Shown here piece after piece: positions 35,977 through 45,396 of a DNA stretch of 64,000 bases. Numbering within the stretch: position 1 is the first letter of the stretch; every line of letters begins with the position of its first letter. The DNA comes from a virus. The stretch lies in IMG/VR virus record IMGVR_UViG_3300027781_000009; one strand, 5' to 3'. A program made the translations under genes and the position numbers. Under the pieces are notes generated by a model. The model saw only the letters and a list, made by a program, of their open reading frames with translations. It was not told where the DNA came from and ran no database searches.

Positions 35977-37360
35977 TGCGAAGCCAGCAGTGGATCTACA
36001 TCGGCGGGTGTTGCCGCACTTTGCCGAAGCCGAGGAATCGGTCATCGGCGGCGTGCTGTTTCAGGGGTCTGCATTCGCTCGGGTGTCCGACGTGTTGCAA
36101 GGCTCGGACTTCTACGACGCCAAGTTCGAAGCGATCTGGGAAGCCTTTGAGCGCATCGACAGGGAGGGGCGACCAATCGACCTCATCACCGTCACCGACC
36201 AGATGCGTCGGCTTGGCACGATGTCGAAGCTGTCCGCCTTCGGGTCGGAGTCCTACCTTGCCGAGTTGTTGAACAAGGTGGCCACCACGGAGTCCATCAC
36301 CACGCATGCGATGGCGGTCAAAGAGAAGGCGCTGACTCGAGCAGTGATCTTGGAAGCGTCGCGGGTGCAGCAGCTCGGCTACGCCGACGAGATGGAAGGA
36401 CAGGCGCTGCTCGATGCTGCGCAGTCGTCGTTTCTCGAACTTGGTCAAGGTCGGATTCGCGCTCAATACGAACCAGCTCGCAGCATCCTTCACTCTACCC
36501 TCAAGAATCTTGAGGCCCGATTCACCGCCAAGAAGGCAATTACTGGTGTCCCGTCGGGCTTTGCGGCGTTCGATGACATGACCGCAGGTTTTCAGTCGAA
36601 CGACCTCATAATCGTTGCTGCTCGCCCGTCGATGGGTAAGACGGCGTTTGTGATGAACTGCGCCGAGTTTGCAGCGGTCAGCCAGAAACTTCCGGTGTTG
36701 GTCTTCAGTCTTGAGATGGGAAAGGACCAACTGATGGAGCGGATGCTTTGTTCATCTGCGTCAGTCGAGAGTCAGAAGATGCGCAGCGGCTTTTTAGAGT
36801 CGCGGGATTGGATTGCCATCAGCAAGGCAGCGTCACGCATTGCTGACTCTCATATCTACCTTGAGGACTCCGGCAGCCCGACTGTCACTGAGATCCGCGC
36901 TCGGGCTCGTAGGTGGCGCGCTGACCCTCGCGTCTTTACGCCAGGTGTCGAGCAGGGCCTAATCGTGATCGACTATTTGCAGCTCGTGCGCGGCAGCAAT
37001 CAGGGTAAAGACCACAGCCGCGAGAGAGAAATCAGCGAGATTTCACGCAGCCTGAAGGCGCTGGCTAAGGAGCTGCGACTTCCGGTTATTGCGCTTTCAC
37101 AGCTCAACCGGACACTTGAGTCACGGGCCGACAAGCGTCCGATGCTGTCCGACCTTCGCGAGTCGGGTGCAATCGAACAAGACGCCGACGTGATCTGCTT
37201 CATCTACCGCGACGAGTTTTACAACAAGGAGTCGCCAGATAAGGGAGTCGCAGAGATCATCATCGGCAAGCAGAGGAACGGGCCTACCGGGACGGCTAAG
37301 CTCACCTGGGTGGCCAGATACACGCAGTTTGCGAATATGGCCGTGGACACGCGGCTATAG
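35969..37360 (+). CDS. dnaB: replicative DNA helicase
   Basis: AARPSMGKT, FSLEM, IDYLQL, LSQLNR, DLRESGAIEQDAD, KQRNGPTG. Confidence 0.97.
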   Translation: MTDAKPAVDLHRRVLPHFAEAEESVIGGVLFQGSAFARVSDVLQGSDFYDAKFEAIWEAFERIDREGRPIDLITVTDQMRRLGTMSKLSAFGSESYLAELLNKVATTESITTHAMAVKEKALTRAVILEASRVQQLGYADEMEGQALLDAAQSSFLELGQGRIRAQYEPARSILHSTLKNLEARFTAKKAITGVPSGFAAFDDMTAGFQSNDLIIVAARPSMGKTAFVMNCAEFAAVSQKLPVLVFSLEMGKDQLMERMLCSSASVESQKMRSGFLESRDWIAISKAASRIADSHIYLEDSGSPTVTEIRARARRWRADPRVFTPGVEQGLIVIDYLQLVRGSNQGKDHSREREISEISRSLKALAKELRLPVIALSQLNRTLESRADKRPMLSDLRESGAIEQDADVICFIYRDEFYNKESPDKGVAEIIIGKQRNGPTGTAKLTWVARYTQFANMAVDTRL

Positions 37361-37915
37361 CAGCGGCACCAGTGCATTGAGCTGCGGCAGCACCATCACC
37401 ACCACCACCCCGATGTATTCCGTGCCGCTGTTGTTCTTGATTTCCAGCGCGCCCGTGTCCTTCGACGCATACAGCGAGACATCCAGATCGCCCTCAAACC
37501 GCTTCTTGAAGTGGATGAAGGACTGGTACTGACCGGGCGAGCTGCTCCCGTCCCAACCTAGCGACGTGTAAAACAGCTCGCCTCGCAGAAGCGCAGAGTC
37601 TTGCGCATCAGTACCAGTGTACGAGCGCAACAGGTGTGAGCCGTTGGCAGGGTCTGGTGGACCTGGCAGTGGGTCGGCACCCGCAACGAACGAGTTGGCA
37701 TATGCGCGAGTCAGCAGGTTTGCATGCACCAGCAGGTACCGATCGCGGTGATCTCCGGTTTGAAGTACCACCGTCGAATTAGCTTGTGCGACTCCCTCCC
37801 AGGTGAACAGCTCCGCGCCGGTCGGGTGGGTTCGCCCGCTGAGTCGTCCCCGCTGACTTTGGTTGGCCCACCCTGCTTCAATGGCGTGACTTGATCGAGC
37901 AACACGGTCGCGCAT
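37355..37915 (-). CDS. hypothetical tail-associated protein
   Basis: End of the late operon; paralogous motifs with next ORF. Confidence 0.55.
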   Translation of the reverse strand: MRDRVARSSHAIEAGWANQSQRGRLSGRTHPTGAELFTWEGVAQANSTVVLQTGDHRDRYLLVHANLLTRAYANSFVAGADPLPGPPDPANGSHLLRSYTGTDAQDSALLRGELFYTSLGWDGSSSPGQYQSFIHFKKRFEGDLDVSLYASKDTGALEIKNNSGTEYIGVVVVMVLPQLNALVPLL

Positions 37916-38391
37916 TAGCTTCGCTCCTTGAGCTGGCAGGTAGCGGTGATGTCCACCGTGGCCCACCCCTGGGACTTCTCAACAAACAGCACGCCGGTCG
38001 GCCCAACGTAGAGGGTCAGGTTGGGACCGCACCGCAGCCGCCGATCGCCGCCGCCTGTGTAGATGGTCGCTGTACCCACGTCTCGGGGGTGCAAGTGGTC
38101 GCCAGCTTCGCCGGGACGGATGTCGCGCAGCGGGTCGAATCGATACTCCACGGTGATGTGGCGGTCGCGCCAGTCGCGTGAGTTGTCGAGCAGGAAGCCG
38201 ACAGGTGAGACGGGAAAATCAAGGCTGGCTTGGACGCGGCAGCTATCCCAGGCGGAGCTTACCGCAGCCAGGCCCGGTGCCAGCGTGTTGGCTACGCCGT
38301 TGGCACGCTGGTCAAACAGTGATGCCTGAATTTTGTTGAGAATCAGCGACGGCACCCGCTGTAGCGGGGTGAAGCTCAGTAACAGTCCCAT
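37915..38391 (-). CDS. hypothetical tail-associated protein
   Basis: TAATG coupling; position. Confidence 0.55.
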   Translation of the reverse strand: MGLLLSFTPLQRVPSLILNKIQASLFDQRANGVANTLAPGLAAVSSAWDSCRVQASLDFPVSPVGFLLDNSRDWRDRHITVEYRFDPLRDIRPGEAGDHLHPRDVGTATIYTGGGDRRLRCGPNLTLYVGPTGVLFVEKSQGWATVDITATCQLKERS

Positions 38392-38434
38392 GGCTCGAAT
38401 CTACACGAGCAGCCGGGCGGCCTGGCAAAGAAGC

Positions 38435-39130
38435 TTACGGCTCGGTGATAAGCGCCAACGACGAGACAGTGATCTCAGTCAGCTCGTAAGCTTTGTGATC
38501 TCGCTCCCAGTACGGCTTGTAATCGTCGGTCAGATACCTGACGCAATTGGTGGGGCTGGTGCGTCCGTAGACCATGGCCGGGAGCGGAATCGAGCGAGTG
38601 ACCTGATACAGCGCAGTCACCACCTTGGGCGGATTCAGTCGACAGAACTTCTCATCTTCCTCGCGTTCCACCCGCATAAACCCGCCAATTAGGTTGGCAT
38701 CGACGCAAAGCACGGTCTTGCTTGCGATGAGCACTCGGGTGCTGCAAGTCGAGTCCGAGAACAGAACGTCAAAGCCCAGCGGATGTGTCAGGTCGGTGAA
38801 CCCATCGGGTACGCAGCGAATGGTTTGGTCGGCCATTTTGCGCAGCGTGCAGGTCGTTTTGAGCGTGGTGTCGTAGAAACCATCGGTGGTTCCGACCACC
38901 GCCCCACGATGCGAGACGTAGCGGGGGCGAATGCGAGCGGGGGTGGCCATGTCGGCCGGCGGCGGCATAGCGCTCAAGTCGGCAGAGCTGGCCATGCCGT
39001 CGAGTGGCGGCATGTCTTCGCCGCCGTCGCCGCCAAGAAACTGCTGCTGGGAACCAATGGTGGGGTCCGGCACGCAGGCCGAACAGGAAAGAAGTAGGAG
39101 CGCAGACACACGGAGAATCGTCTTGATCAT
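38435..39130 (-). CDS. Cys-rich lipoprotein
   Basis: LLLLSC lipobox; C..RCVP..LFSDSTC pattern. Confidence 0.7.
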   Translation of the reverse strand: MIKTILRVSALLLLSCSACVPDPTIGSQQQFLGGDGGEDMPPLDGMASSADLSAMPPPADMATPARIRPRYVSHRGAVVGTTDGFYDTTLKTTCTLRKMADQTIRCVPDGFTDLTHPLGFDVLFSDSTCSTRVLIASKTVLCVDANLIGGFMRVEREEDEKFCRLNPPKVVTALYQVTRSIPLPAMVYGRTSPTNCVRYLTDDYKPYWERDHKAYELTEITVSSLALITEP

Positions 39131-39149
39131 TGGGGCACCTCGTGTGCCA

Positions 39150-39779
39150 TCAATCCTCTAGCACGTCGCGATCTGTCAAGCTGTCGTCGTCGTCAGTCAG
39201 GAATCCACCACCGAGCAAGCGCGAGACGTGCCCCATCACAGTGACCGGCTTCCACCTGGCAATGATGGCGTCGAGCGCGGTGATCTGACCGATGGTTTTG
39301 ATTGCAGCGACTGGCACGCCAAACGCAACGACGAACATGCCGCGACGCGACAGGCCCAGCGCATCGAGGTTGGCGGAGGTGTTCTGAGCTGGTGTGACGT
39401 TGCCGACGCCGACGACCTTCTCAAGCGCGTTGGCTATCTTCCACAGGCGCGGGTCGGGCCGTTCCTGCAAGTGCGCCAGCAGTCGAGCCCACCGATCGGC
39501 CACGGGTGCTGCGATAGGAGAGAGTCGATACCAGCGTTCCCATTTCGCAAGCAGGTCGATGGACGTGAACGGAAAAGCGTTCTCGACAAGCCGCTGTAGG
39601 GCGAAGATTGGCCCAGCTACGGCGTCGGCAATGACCCACACCGTCTGGTCGTAAACCGTTTGGTTTTCGTCGGAAAATGGCCCCTCGCCGTAGAGCCGCT
39701 TGATTTGGGCAACCAAGCGTTCGTAGAGGGTGTGTTGCTCGAAGGTGGCCCCTCCGAGCGGGATGGGAAAGCCAGGCAT
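39150..39779 (-). CDS. baseplate wedge protein (Mu gp48-like)
   Basis: FPFTSIDLLAKWER, IIARWKP; downstream of baseplate J. Confidence 0.65.
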   Translation of the reverse strand: MPGFPIPLGGATFEQHTLYERLVAQIKRLYGEGPFSDENQTVYDQTVWVIADAVAGPIFALQRLVENAFPFTSIDLLAKWERWYRLSPIAAPVADRWARLLAHLQERPDPRLWKIANALEKVVGVGNVTPAQNTSANLDALGLSRRGMFVVAFGVPVAAIKTIGQITALDAIIARWKPVTVMGHVSRLLGGGFLTDDDDSLTDRDVLED

Positions 39780-39797
39780 GCCGCTAGGCTAGCACGC

Positions 39798-40781
39798 CTA
39801 GACGACGAGACGGATCGGACGCGAAACAGGGGCCTTGACGACGTGAGCGCGGATCTTGGTGTAGAGGTCCGCAGCGGAGGTCAGGATGTCAGCTACTGAC
39901 GCTACGGACAGGATGCTGGTTTGGCTCGGCGCATCGGTCATGGCATGAATCGCGCCGTCTGCGACGTGAGCGTTCCACTTGGTGATGATCTCGTTCGGGA
40001 GATCATAGGTACCCAGCGGCACCGTTGGAACCGGCTGCGTCACAAGGTTGATGGTGTCGGCGATCGAGTGAACGACTGCGCCGACGTGCGACAGCATCTT
40101 GGTGCGCAACTCGGTGAGCAGCGCAATCCACTGCGTCCAATCCACGCCAGTGGTTAGTGAATAGCTGACGTTGGCAGCGGCTATCACATTCGAGCTGTCG
40201 GCTGCGGAGTGCGCCCCTGGAGTCTTAACGACGTGATCTGAGAACAGCGCCTTTAAAAGGTTGGTGCGCTCGGCACCGTTCTTTGCGGTCCACTCCAGAG
40301 CGCTGAAGGTGATTGGCCCGGCCAGCGTGTTTACGGTATCCACCGAGCTGTGCCACAGCCCGCCCGTGTTGAGCCGGTGCCGCTCGTACTGCGTGCCCAG
40401 ATCGTTCACCAGCACGCGAGCCGCTTCGAGCATGGTTGCCTCAATGCTGGCCGGGCTGCCCATCACAGCCACAATGAGACGTGCTGCGTCGGAAACCTTG
40501 TGCGCAAAGACGTGATCGCCAACCACTTCATCGGCGAGGATGAGGTGAGCATTGACGAAGGCTTTGGCATCGAGGTGAAACTGGCACGCCTCGGAAAGAT
40601 TTGCCGGTGCGGCAGCTCCGCCGACCAGCACCACCGGGCAACGCGGCGGCATGCCGATTGCGTCGGGTAGATACTCGGGACCGTCGTAATGCACGAACCC
40701 GGCGGACACCGAAGCGTGGACGCTGTTGTGTGCGTCGCGCTGCGCGTTGGAACAGTCGGGAATATGAACCTGTTGGGCCAT
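39798..40781 (-). CDS. His-repeat virion-associated protein
   Basis: Repeated H-x(5-8)-H-x3-D-x2-N. Confidence 0.65.
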   Translation of the reverse strand: MAQQVHIPDCSNAQRDAHNSVHASVSAGFVHYDGPEYLPDAIGMPPRCPVVLVGGAAAPANLSEACQFHLDAKAFVNAHLILADEVVGDHVFAHKVSDAARLIVAVMGSPASIEATMLEAARVLVNDLGTQYERHRLNTGGLWHSSVDTVNTLAGPITFSALEWTAKNGAERTNLLKALFSDHVVKTPGAHSAADSSNVIAAANVSYSLTTGVDWTQWIALLTELRTKMLSHVGAVVHSIADTINLVTQPVPTVPLGTYDLPNEIITKWNAHVADGAIHAMTDAPSQTSILSVASVADILTSAADLYTKIRAHVVKAPVSRPIRLVV

Positions 40782-40798
40782 GGTCACTCCTTGTGGAA

Positions 40799-42184
40799 CT
40801 AAGCGTAGGACAGCGAGGACAGCGAGTAGCGCCAGGTCGCGCCGTCAAACACGGCCATTGCGATGCCTCGCAGCGTTTTGGCCTGGTTGTAGACTTGCAC
40901 GGCCACCGCATCCACCGCGAACGTGAAGGTCTTGGCCGGGTCGGTGGTGACGCCAAGCGCGTCGTCAAAGATAAACAGGTAGCGGTCGCCGCGTACCGCT
41001 GCGGTCGTCTTGAGGTCGATTGCAGCGTTGGCAGCCAGCGTGCCGAACAACCTGCGCGTATGAGCATCGACGTGCGGAAATATCAGCTTGGTGCCACCCG
41101 CTGATATGTCGACGTTGGCCACGTCCTCTTCTGGTGGCCGGGCCTGATTGCGGCTGACTTCGACCCACGCCACCCCGTCGTAAAACAGGTGCAGATAGTC
41201 CACCGAGTTCGGCGGTGTCGAAAGGGTGAACGGATAGCGCAGCTTGAAGTTAGGCGGCAGCGACGTCAGCTTGCGACCACCGGTGCCGTCTTGGATGAAC
41301 GCAAGACGCAGCATCGCGCCGACCTCCGCGTTCAAAACAGACGCGATGGCAATGTCGCCACTGAGTCCCGACGACTCATGGTAGGACGCGAGGTGCAGAT
41401 CAATGTCTACGCTCGGAGCATAGGGGTAGGTGCGCTTGGTAATTGCCGCAAAGCGCGAGAACACACCTCCCCACGCCTCATCGAAGCGACCCAGCGTTCC
41501 GACACCGGGAGCGTGTGGGCAGTGACTCACGCCGCCCGACTGGTCACTCTTCCACCGCACCATGCCGGTGCCGTCGTAGGCCGCTTCGATTTTCCATACC
41601 TTGGTTGCGGTGAGCGCGTGATGTCCGGCGAGGTCGCCGTTGCAGTACGCGGTGAGCGTCGTACCGCCGCCGTTGCGCAACTCAAAAAGGCTGTTGCTAG
41701 CGATAAGCGGGGCATTGACGTTGAGAATGTAGGCAGGCCCGATGAGCGCGCCCGATTTCATCTGGATAGGGTTTGCGGTGTTGGAGCGGATGCTGTTCGG
41801 TCCGCCGTGCAGCCGCAGACCGTCCGCGAATAGGCCGTGCTCGTTGTTGCCTGCGGAGTCTGAGACACCGAGCAGCAACGTAGAAAGCGGCGAAGCGTGA
41901 TTGGTAAACACCACGCCGCCGACGTTGATGTCTGCGAAGATTCGCGTGGGGAGCACGTTGGCCCCGCCAGCGGCGTTTGCGTAAGCGTTGTGCAGCGTGC
42001 CCACGCTGCCCGTCAGTGAGAGAACCTGGATGGAGTCGTACGCCCATTTGACGTACGTCTTCATCTGGTTCCACTCTTTGGCGGACAGATGGGTCTGGGA
42101 GTCTACGGGGAGATCGCGGTCCCGCTTGTCAGGACCGAGAGAGGCAACGTCGTCTGTTGGTGGGGGAATCGGCGCTATTGGCAT
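40799..42184 (-). CDS. tail fibre / receptor-binding-like protein
   Basis: Follows baseplate J; beta-rich, FIQDGTGGR, FYDGVAW and FDGATW motifs. Confidence 0.6.
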   Translation of the reverse strand: MPIAPIPPPTDDVASLGPDKRDRDLPVDSQTHLSAKEWNQMKTYVKWAYDSIQVLSLTGSVGTLHNAYANAAGGANVLPTRIFADINVGGVVFTNHASPLSTLLLGVSDSAGNNEHGLFADGLRLHGGPNSIRSNTANPIQMKSGALIGPAYILNVNAPLIASNSLFELRNGGGTTLTAYCNGDLAGHHALTATKVWKIEAAYDGTGMVRWKSDQSGGVSHCPHAPGVGTLGRFDEAWGGVFSRFAAITKRTYPYAPSVDIDLHLASYHESSGLSGDIAIASVLNAEVGAMLRLAFIQDGTGGRKLTSLPPNFKLRYPFTLSTPPNSVDYLHLFYDGVAWVEVSRNQARPPEEDVANVDISAGGTKLIFPHVDAHTRRLFGTLAANAAIDLKTTAAVRGDRYLFIFDDALGVTTDPAKTFTFAVDAVAVQVYNQAKTLRGIAMAVFDGATWRYSLSSLSYA

Positions 42185-42187
42185 GCG

Positions 42188-43768
42188 TTAAGCATAGCGC
42201 AGCGTGAGCGATAGCAGGGCGCATTGGGACAAAGGCGGGGGCACAAGGTCGGTGACTGGCGCAACGATCGTCAGGTTTTTGACGCCGCTCACGCTGCGCA
42301 CCACTGCATGCAGCAGGTTGTGCGTCAGGTCGGACGGACCACGGGTCGATGGGCTTGGGTAGCGGCTTGGCGGCAACGTGTCACCAGGGCCGAGGCTGCC
42401 AAACATTTCGAGCAAGTTGTCGCGCACTGGCTCGATAAGCGATGAGCCCGGCCTGACCACGCGACCAGCGGGGACCGCAGTGGATATCTCGGTTTCGATG
42501 GTGAAACCGCCTGCGTCCACGGCTTCGACCTTGGCCTGTTCCAAAAACAGCGGCACGCCGGTCGGAATCACCACCCGCGAGCCGATGGCAATGAACGGTC
42601 GGGGGTCGACGGTTGTGTTGATGCGCGAAGTGGTGCAGCCGACAGCAGTGGTGAGCGTGCCAGTCCAGTCTGGACCGAAGCCGATGCCGCCCGTGATGAT
42701 GAGGTCGAGCACCACGTTGAAATCCGTAAAGTCGGTGATGACCCATTCGTGGCCACCGACAGCGACGTATCCTGGGTTGGCATCGGTCGGCGGCTGTGGG
42801 GCGATCGTGTTTTGAATCGACAGAACTCGAGTTGCGCCAAGATGCCGCGCTCCGCGTACGCCCTGCACGATCGCCCGCATGGTGCCGGGCCCGTTGTAAA
42901 CGTCGTATATCCACGCCTGGTCAACGCCTGGCTGGTCGAGCAGTAGCTGGAGCGCCTGCGATCGATTGTTGGCAGCGGCGCGCTCGGCATCGTGATCGGC
43001 CATGCGCTGAGCCCATGCAGACTGGCTTTCTGCGAGGTCGCCACCGGCCAGCTCCAGCACTTCGCAAGTTGGATTGGTGACAACGGGAGTGAAGGTAAGC
43101 TCGATGCCGTACACCTGATTGTATTCGGGGCCCACCGACTCGGCACGAATCGGGATGATCATTCCCGGCTCAGGAAACAACACGTCCGGCGGAGCAACCG
43201 GCGAAGGCTCGACCTTGAACCGGCCATAGATGGTGACAGCTCCGCCGCCAGCAAGATCCTTAATGGCGTAGTAATTGCCGTTGATGCCGAAGATGTCGCC
43301 GACAGACATGCCCGTGGTCGATGAGACGACTACAACATCGGGCCGCAGCGGATCGAATGCGACCACCGTTTTGTTCGGCCAAAGACCAGTCGCCGATGTC
43401 TTGGCGATTGTCGTGGTGTAGCGCAGCCCATTCGGCGCGGTCAGCAAACTGTTGGCGGGCTGCACGGCACCGGCCAGCGCTCGAAGTAGCACCAACCCTT
43501 CGGACTTTGCAGCGGGCTTCTGGGTGATGTTGCGCTGCTTGCCGTGTCGCGCCAGATACTCAGGCAGCGCTTCGGTCGGGAAGTATTGGAGCGCAGCCAG
43601 AGCCAGCTTGCCGTAGATCGGCTGTACCAGCGTGCTGAGCACCTTGGTCATCACGTCGTAATCGCTGTACGGGTCGAGCGACGCCTTGCCCTTCAAGAAG
43701 GCAACCACCGCCTGTCGTGCCCTGGAAAGAACTTCGTCGAGCTTGGGGATCGTAAATTCGCCAGCCAT
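42188..43768 (-). CDS. baseplate J-like protein
   Basis: FPTEALPEYLARHG, RAESVG..N, GGDLAES, PGVDQAW, GPGT, VSGV. Confidence 0.85.
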   Translation of the reverse strand: MAGEFTIPKLDEVLSRARQAVVAFLKGKASLDPYSDYDVMTKVLSTLVQPIYGKLALAALQYFPTEALPEYLARHGKQRNITQKPAAKSEGLVLLRALAGAVQPANSLLTAPNGLRYTTTIAKTSATGLWPNKTVVAFDPLRPDVVVVSSTTGMSVGDIFGINGNYYAIKDLAGGGAVTIYGRFKVEPSPVAPPDVLFPEPGMIIPIRAESVGPEYNQVYGIELTFTPVVTNPTCEVLELAGGDLAESQSAWAQRMADHDAERAAANNRSQALQLLLDQPGVDQAWIYDVYNGPGTMRAIVQGVRGARHLGATRVLSIQNTIAPQPPTDANPGYVAVGGHEWVITDFTDFNVVLDLIITGGIGFGPDWTGTLTTAVGCTTSRINTTVDPRPFIAIGSRVVIPTGVPLFLEQAKVEAVDAGGFTIETEISTAVPAGRVVRPGSSLIEPVRDNLLEMFGSLGPGDTLPPSRYPSPSTRGPSDLTHNLLHAVVRSVSGVKNLTIVAPVTDLVPPPLSQCALLSLTLRYA

Positions 43769-43769
43769 G

Positions 43770-44147
43770 TCAGAAGCTTAGCCCGAACGCGGCGGTTTGC
43801 GGCTCGCCTCGCGAGTCTTGGAACTGCACCTTGACCTCGACGAAGGTCTCCGCCCCTGGTCGCTCGGTGACAGTGGTGGTCGTAGCGAGGTTGCTGATTT
43901 GGTTGCTGTCGATGAGTGGGCGCAGCGTCCGCGCTACCTCGACCTCGATTCTCTCGGGCAAATCTTCGGTGATCTTGTCCAACTCGTGTAGCTTGGACCC
44001 GGCTTCCGGCAAGGCCGGTGAGCTGTTGTAGCGGAGCCGCAGCAAAAACATCACGGAAGTGGTCATCGTGGTGTCCTCAGCGCGCTGTCCGTTTACGAGA
44101 GTCCAATCGCGACTGGTCGGGTCGATGCGTCTTGTGGGGTTGCCCAT
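43770..44147 (-). CDS. baseplate protein (Mu gp46/gp25-like)
   Basis: IDPTSRDW, GSKLHEL, LRPLID; position. Confidence 0.7.
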   Translation of the reverse strand: MGNPTRRIDPTSRDWTLVNGQRAEDTTMTTSVMFLLRLRYNSSPALPEAGSKLHELDKITEDLPERIEVEVARTLRPLIDSNQISNLATTTTVTERPGAETFVEVKVQFQDSRGEPQTAAFGLSF

Positions 44148-44205
44148 TTATGCTCCGTGGCCAAAAATGCCAGCTCGTTCAACGTACCAGAGGAGAAACG
44201 ACATC

Positions 44206-44817
44206 ATGAGAACCAGAAGCTTGCTAGTTGCCAGTGCTGCCTTGTTGCTGTTGTCCTGCGGGGGCGTGGTCGATGCGCCGCCCGAGAAGACCCCCACACC
44301 CGTGATGAAGCTCGTGGAGGGGCCCGCCCGCTCAGGCACCGATATTCGTCAGGTGTGGATTCAAACCGACGGCGGGGGCCGCGTGCGGTACCAGGACACG
44401 GTGTATGCCTCCGTGCTATCCGACCGCTTCAAGACGCCGATCTACTGCGCGTTCGGTCGCGCCGGTCGTGATGGACGGTCTGCCTGCATCCCCAACTACC
44501 AGAGCTCGCTGTCGTGGGACGCGGGGGCCGGGTTGTACTCGGACCCAAACTGCGTGACGCCGGTGGCCGTTGAACAAGCCAACTGGCGCGGGTGCATTGG
44601 TGGCAAAACGCTGTTTGTGGTGACGACGTTTCAGACCGCCGACGGATGCTCGCAGCTCCCGCTGGTGAGCGAAGCAAAAGAGGTGGTCATAACCACCGCC
44701 TACGGTCGCTCCCTGGGAACTTGTCGCCCGATCGCAATAGACCCAACGGCTCGGTTCTATGTGATGGGGGCAAGCGTTGACGAGCAGCTCCCACGCGGCA
44801 CGGTTGGTATCGAGTAA
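44206..44817 (+). CDS. Cys-rich lipoprotein inserted antisense in the baseplate cluster
   Basis: GAGGAG SD, LLLLSC lipobox, ACIP..LYSDPNC. Confidence 0.7.
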   Translation: MRTRSLLVASAALLLLSCGGVVDAPPEKTPTPVMKLVEGPARSGTDIRQVWIQTDGGGRVRYQDTVYASVLSDRFKTPIYCAFGRAGRDGRSACIPNYQSSLSWDAGAGLYSDPNCVTPVAVEQANWRGCIGGKTLFVVTTFQTADGCSQLPLVSEAKEVVITTAYGRSLGTCRPIAIDPTARFYVMGASVDEQLPRGTVGIE

Positions 44818-44820
44818 CAG

Positions 44821-45390
44821 CTACTCGATTTTAACCAAGCTGCTGAACGTCTTGATGAGCGCGAGCGGCGAGATTGTGATTTCGGGGGGGCCGCCGTAGG
44901 TGCCGAGCAGGATGAACGGCGGTATGACCGTCGACGCTCCCTTTGCATTGATGTAGGTGATGCTGATTGTCACGGTGGGCGGGGGGCCCACTGCTGAGAC
45001 GACCGCGATCAATACCCTGTCTCCCCTCACCTCATCGTCCTCGCGTGCCGCTCCCCGCTGAGCGTTTTTACCCACCGCGATTTTCTTATCCTCAACAGTC
45101 ACCGTTTGAGGCGCTGAACCCAGCGAGTGAATCCGCGAAGCGCCTGATGGCAGCTCGGTGAGCTTGCCGGTGGCGTCTCGGTCGACCACGGACAGGATCT
45201 CGCAAAGCTGGCCGTCGCGTAGCGCAATGGCGTCGTGCCCTATCGAGTCATTCGTGGGCCGCGATTGAAACCCGGCCTGCTGCCGGATGCGGACGTTTGA
45301 GCGGGGGCGATCGGCGAACTCTATCGTGGCGACCATTTCGCCACTGGCATCCACCGAGATTGATGTGACCTCACCGACATCGATCATCAC
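44821..45390 (-). CDS. baseplate spike (Mu gp45-like)
   Basis: QQAGFQSRP, LPSGASRIH, AAREDD; position. Confidence 0.7.
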   Translation of the reverse strand: MMIDVGEVTSISVDASGEMVATIEFADRPRSNVRIRQQAGFQSRPTNDSIGHDAIALRDGQLCEILSVVDRDATGKLTELPSGASRIHSLGSAPQTVTVEDKKIAVGKNAQRGAAREDDEVRGDRVLIAVVSAVGPPPTVTISITYINAKGASTVIPPFILLGTYGGPPEITISPLALIKTFSSLVKIE

Positions 45391-45396
45391 TAGCTT

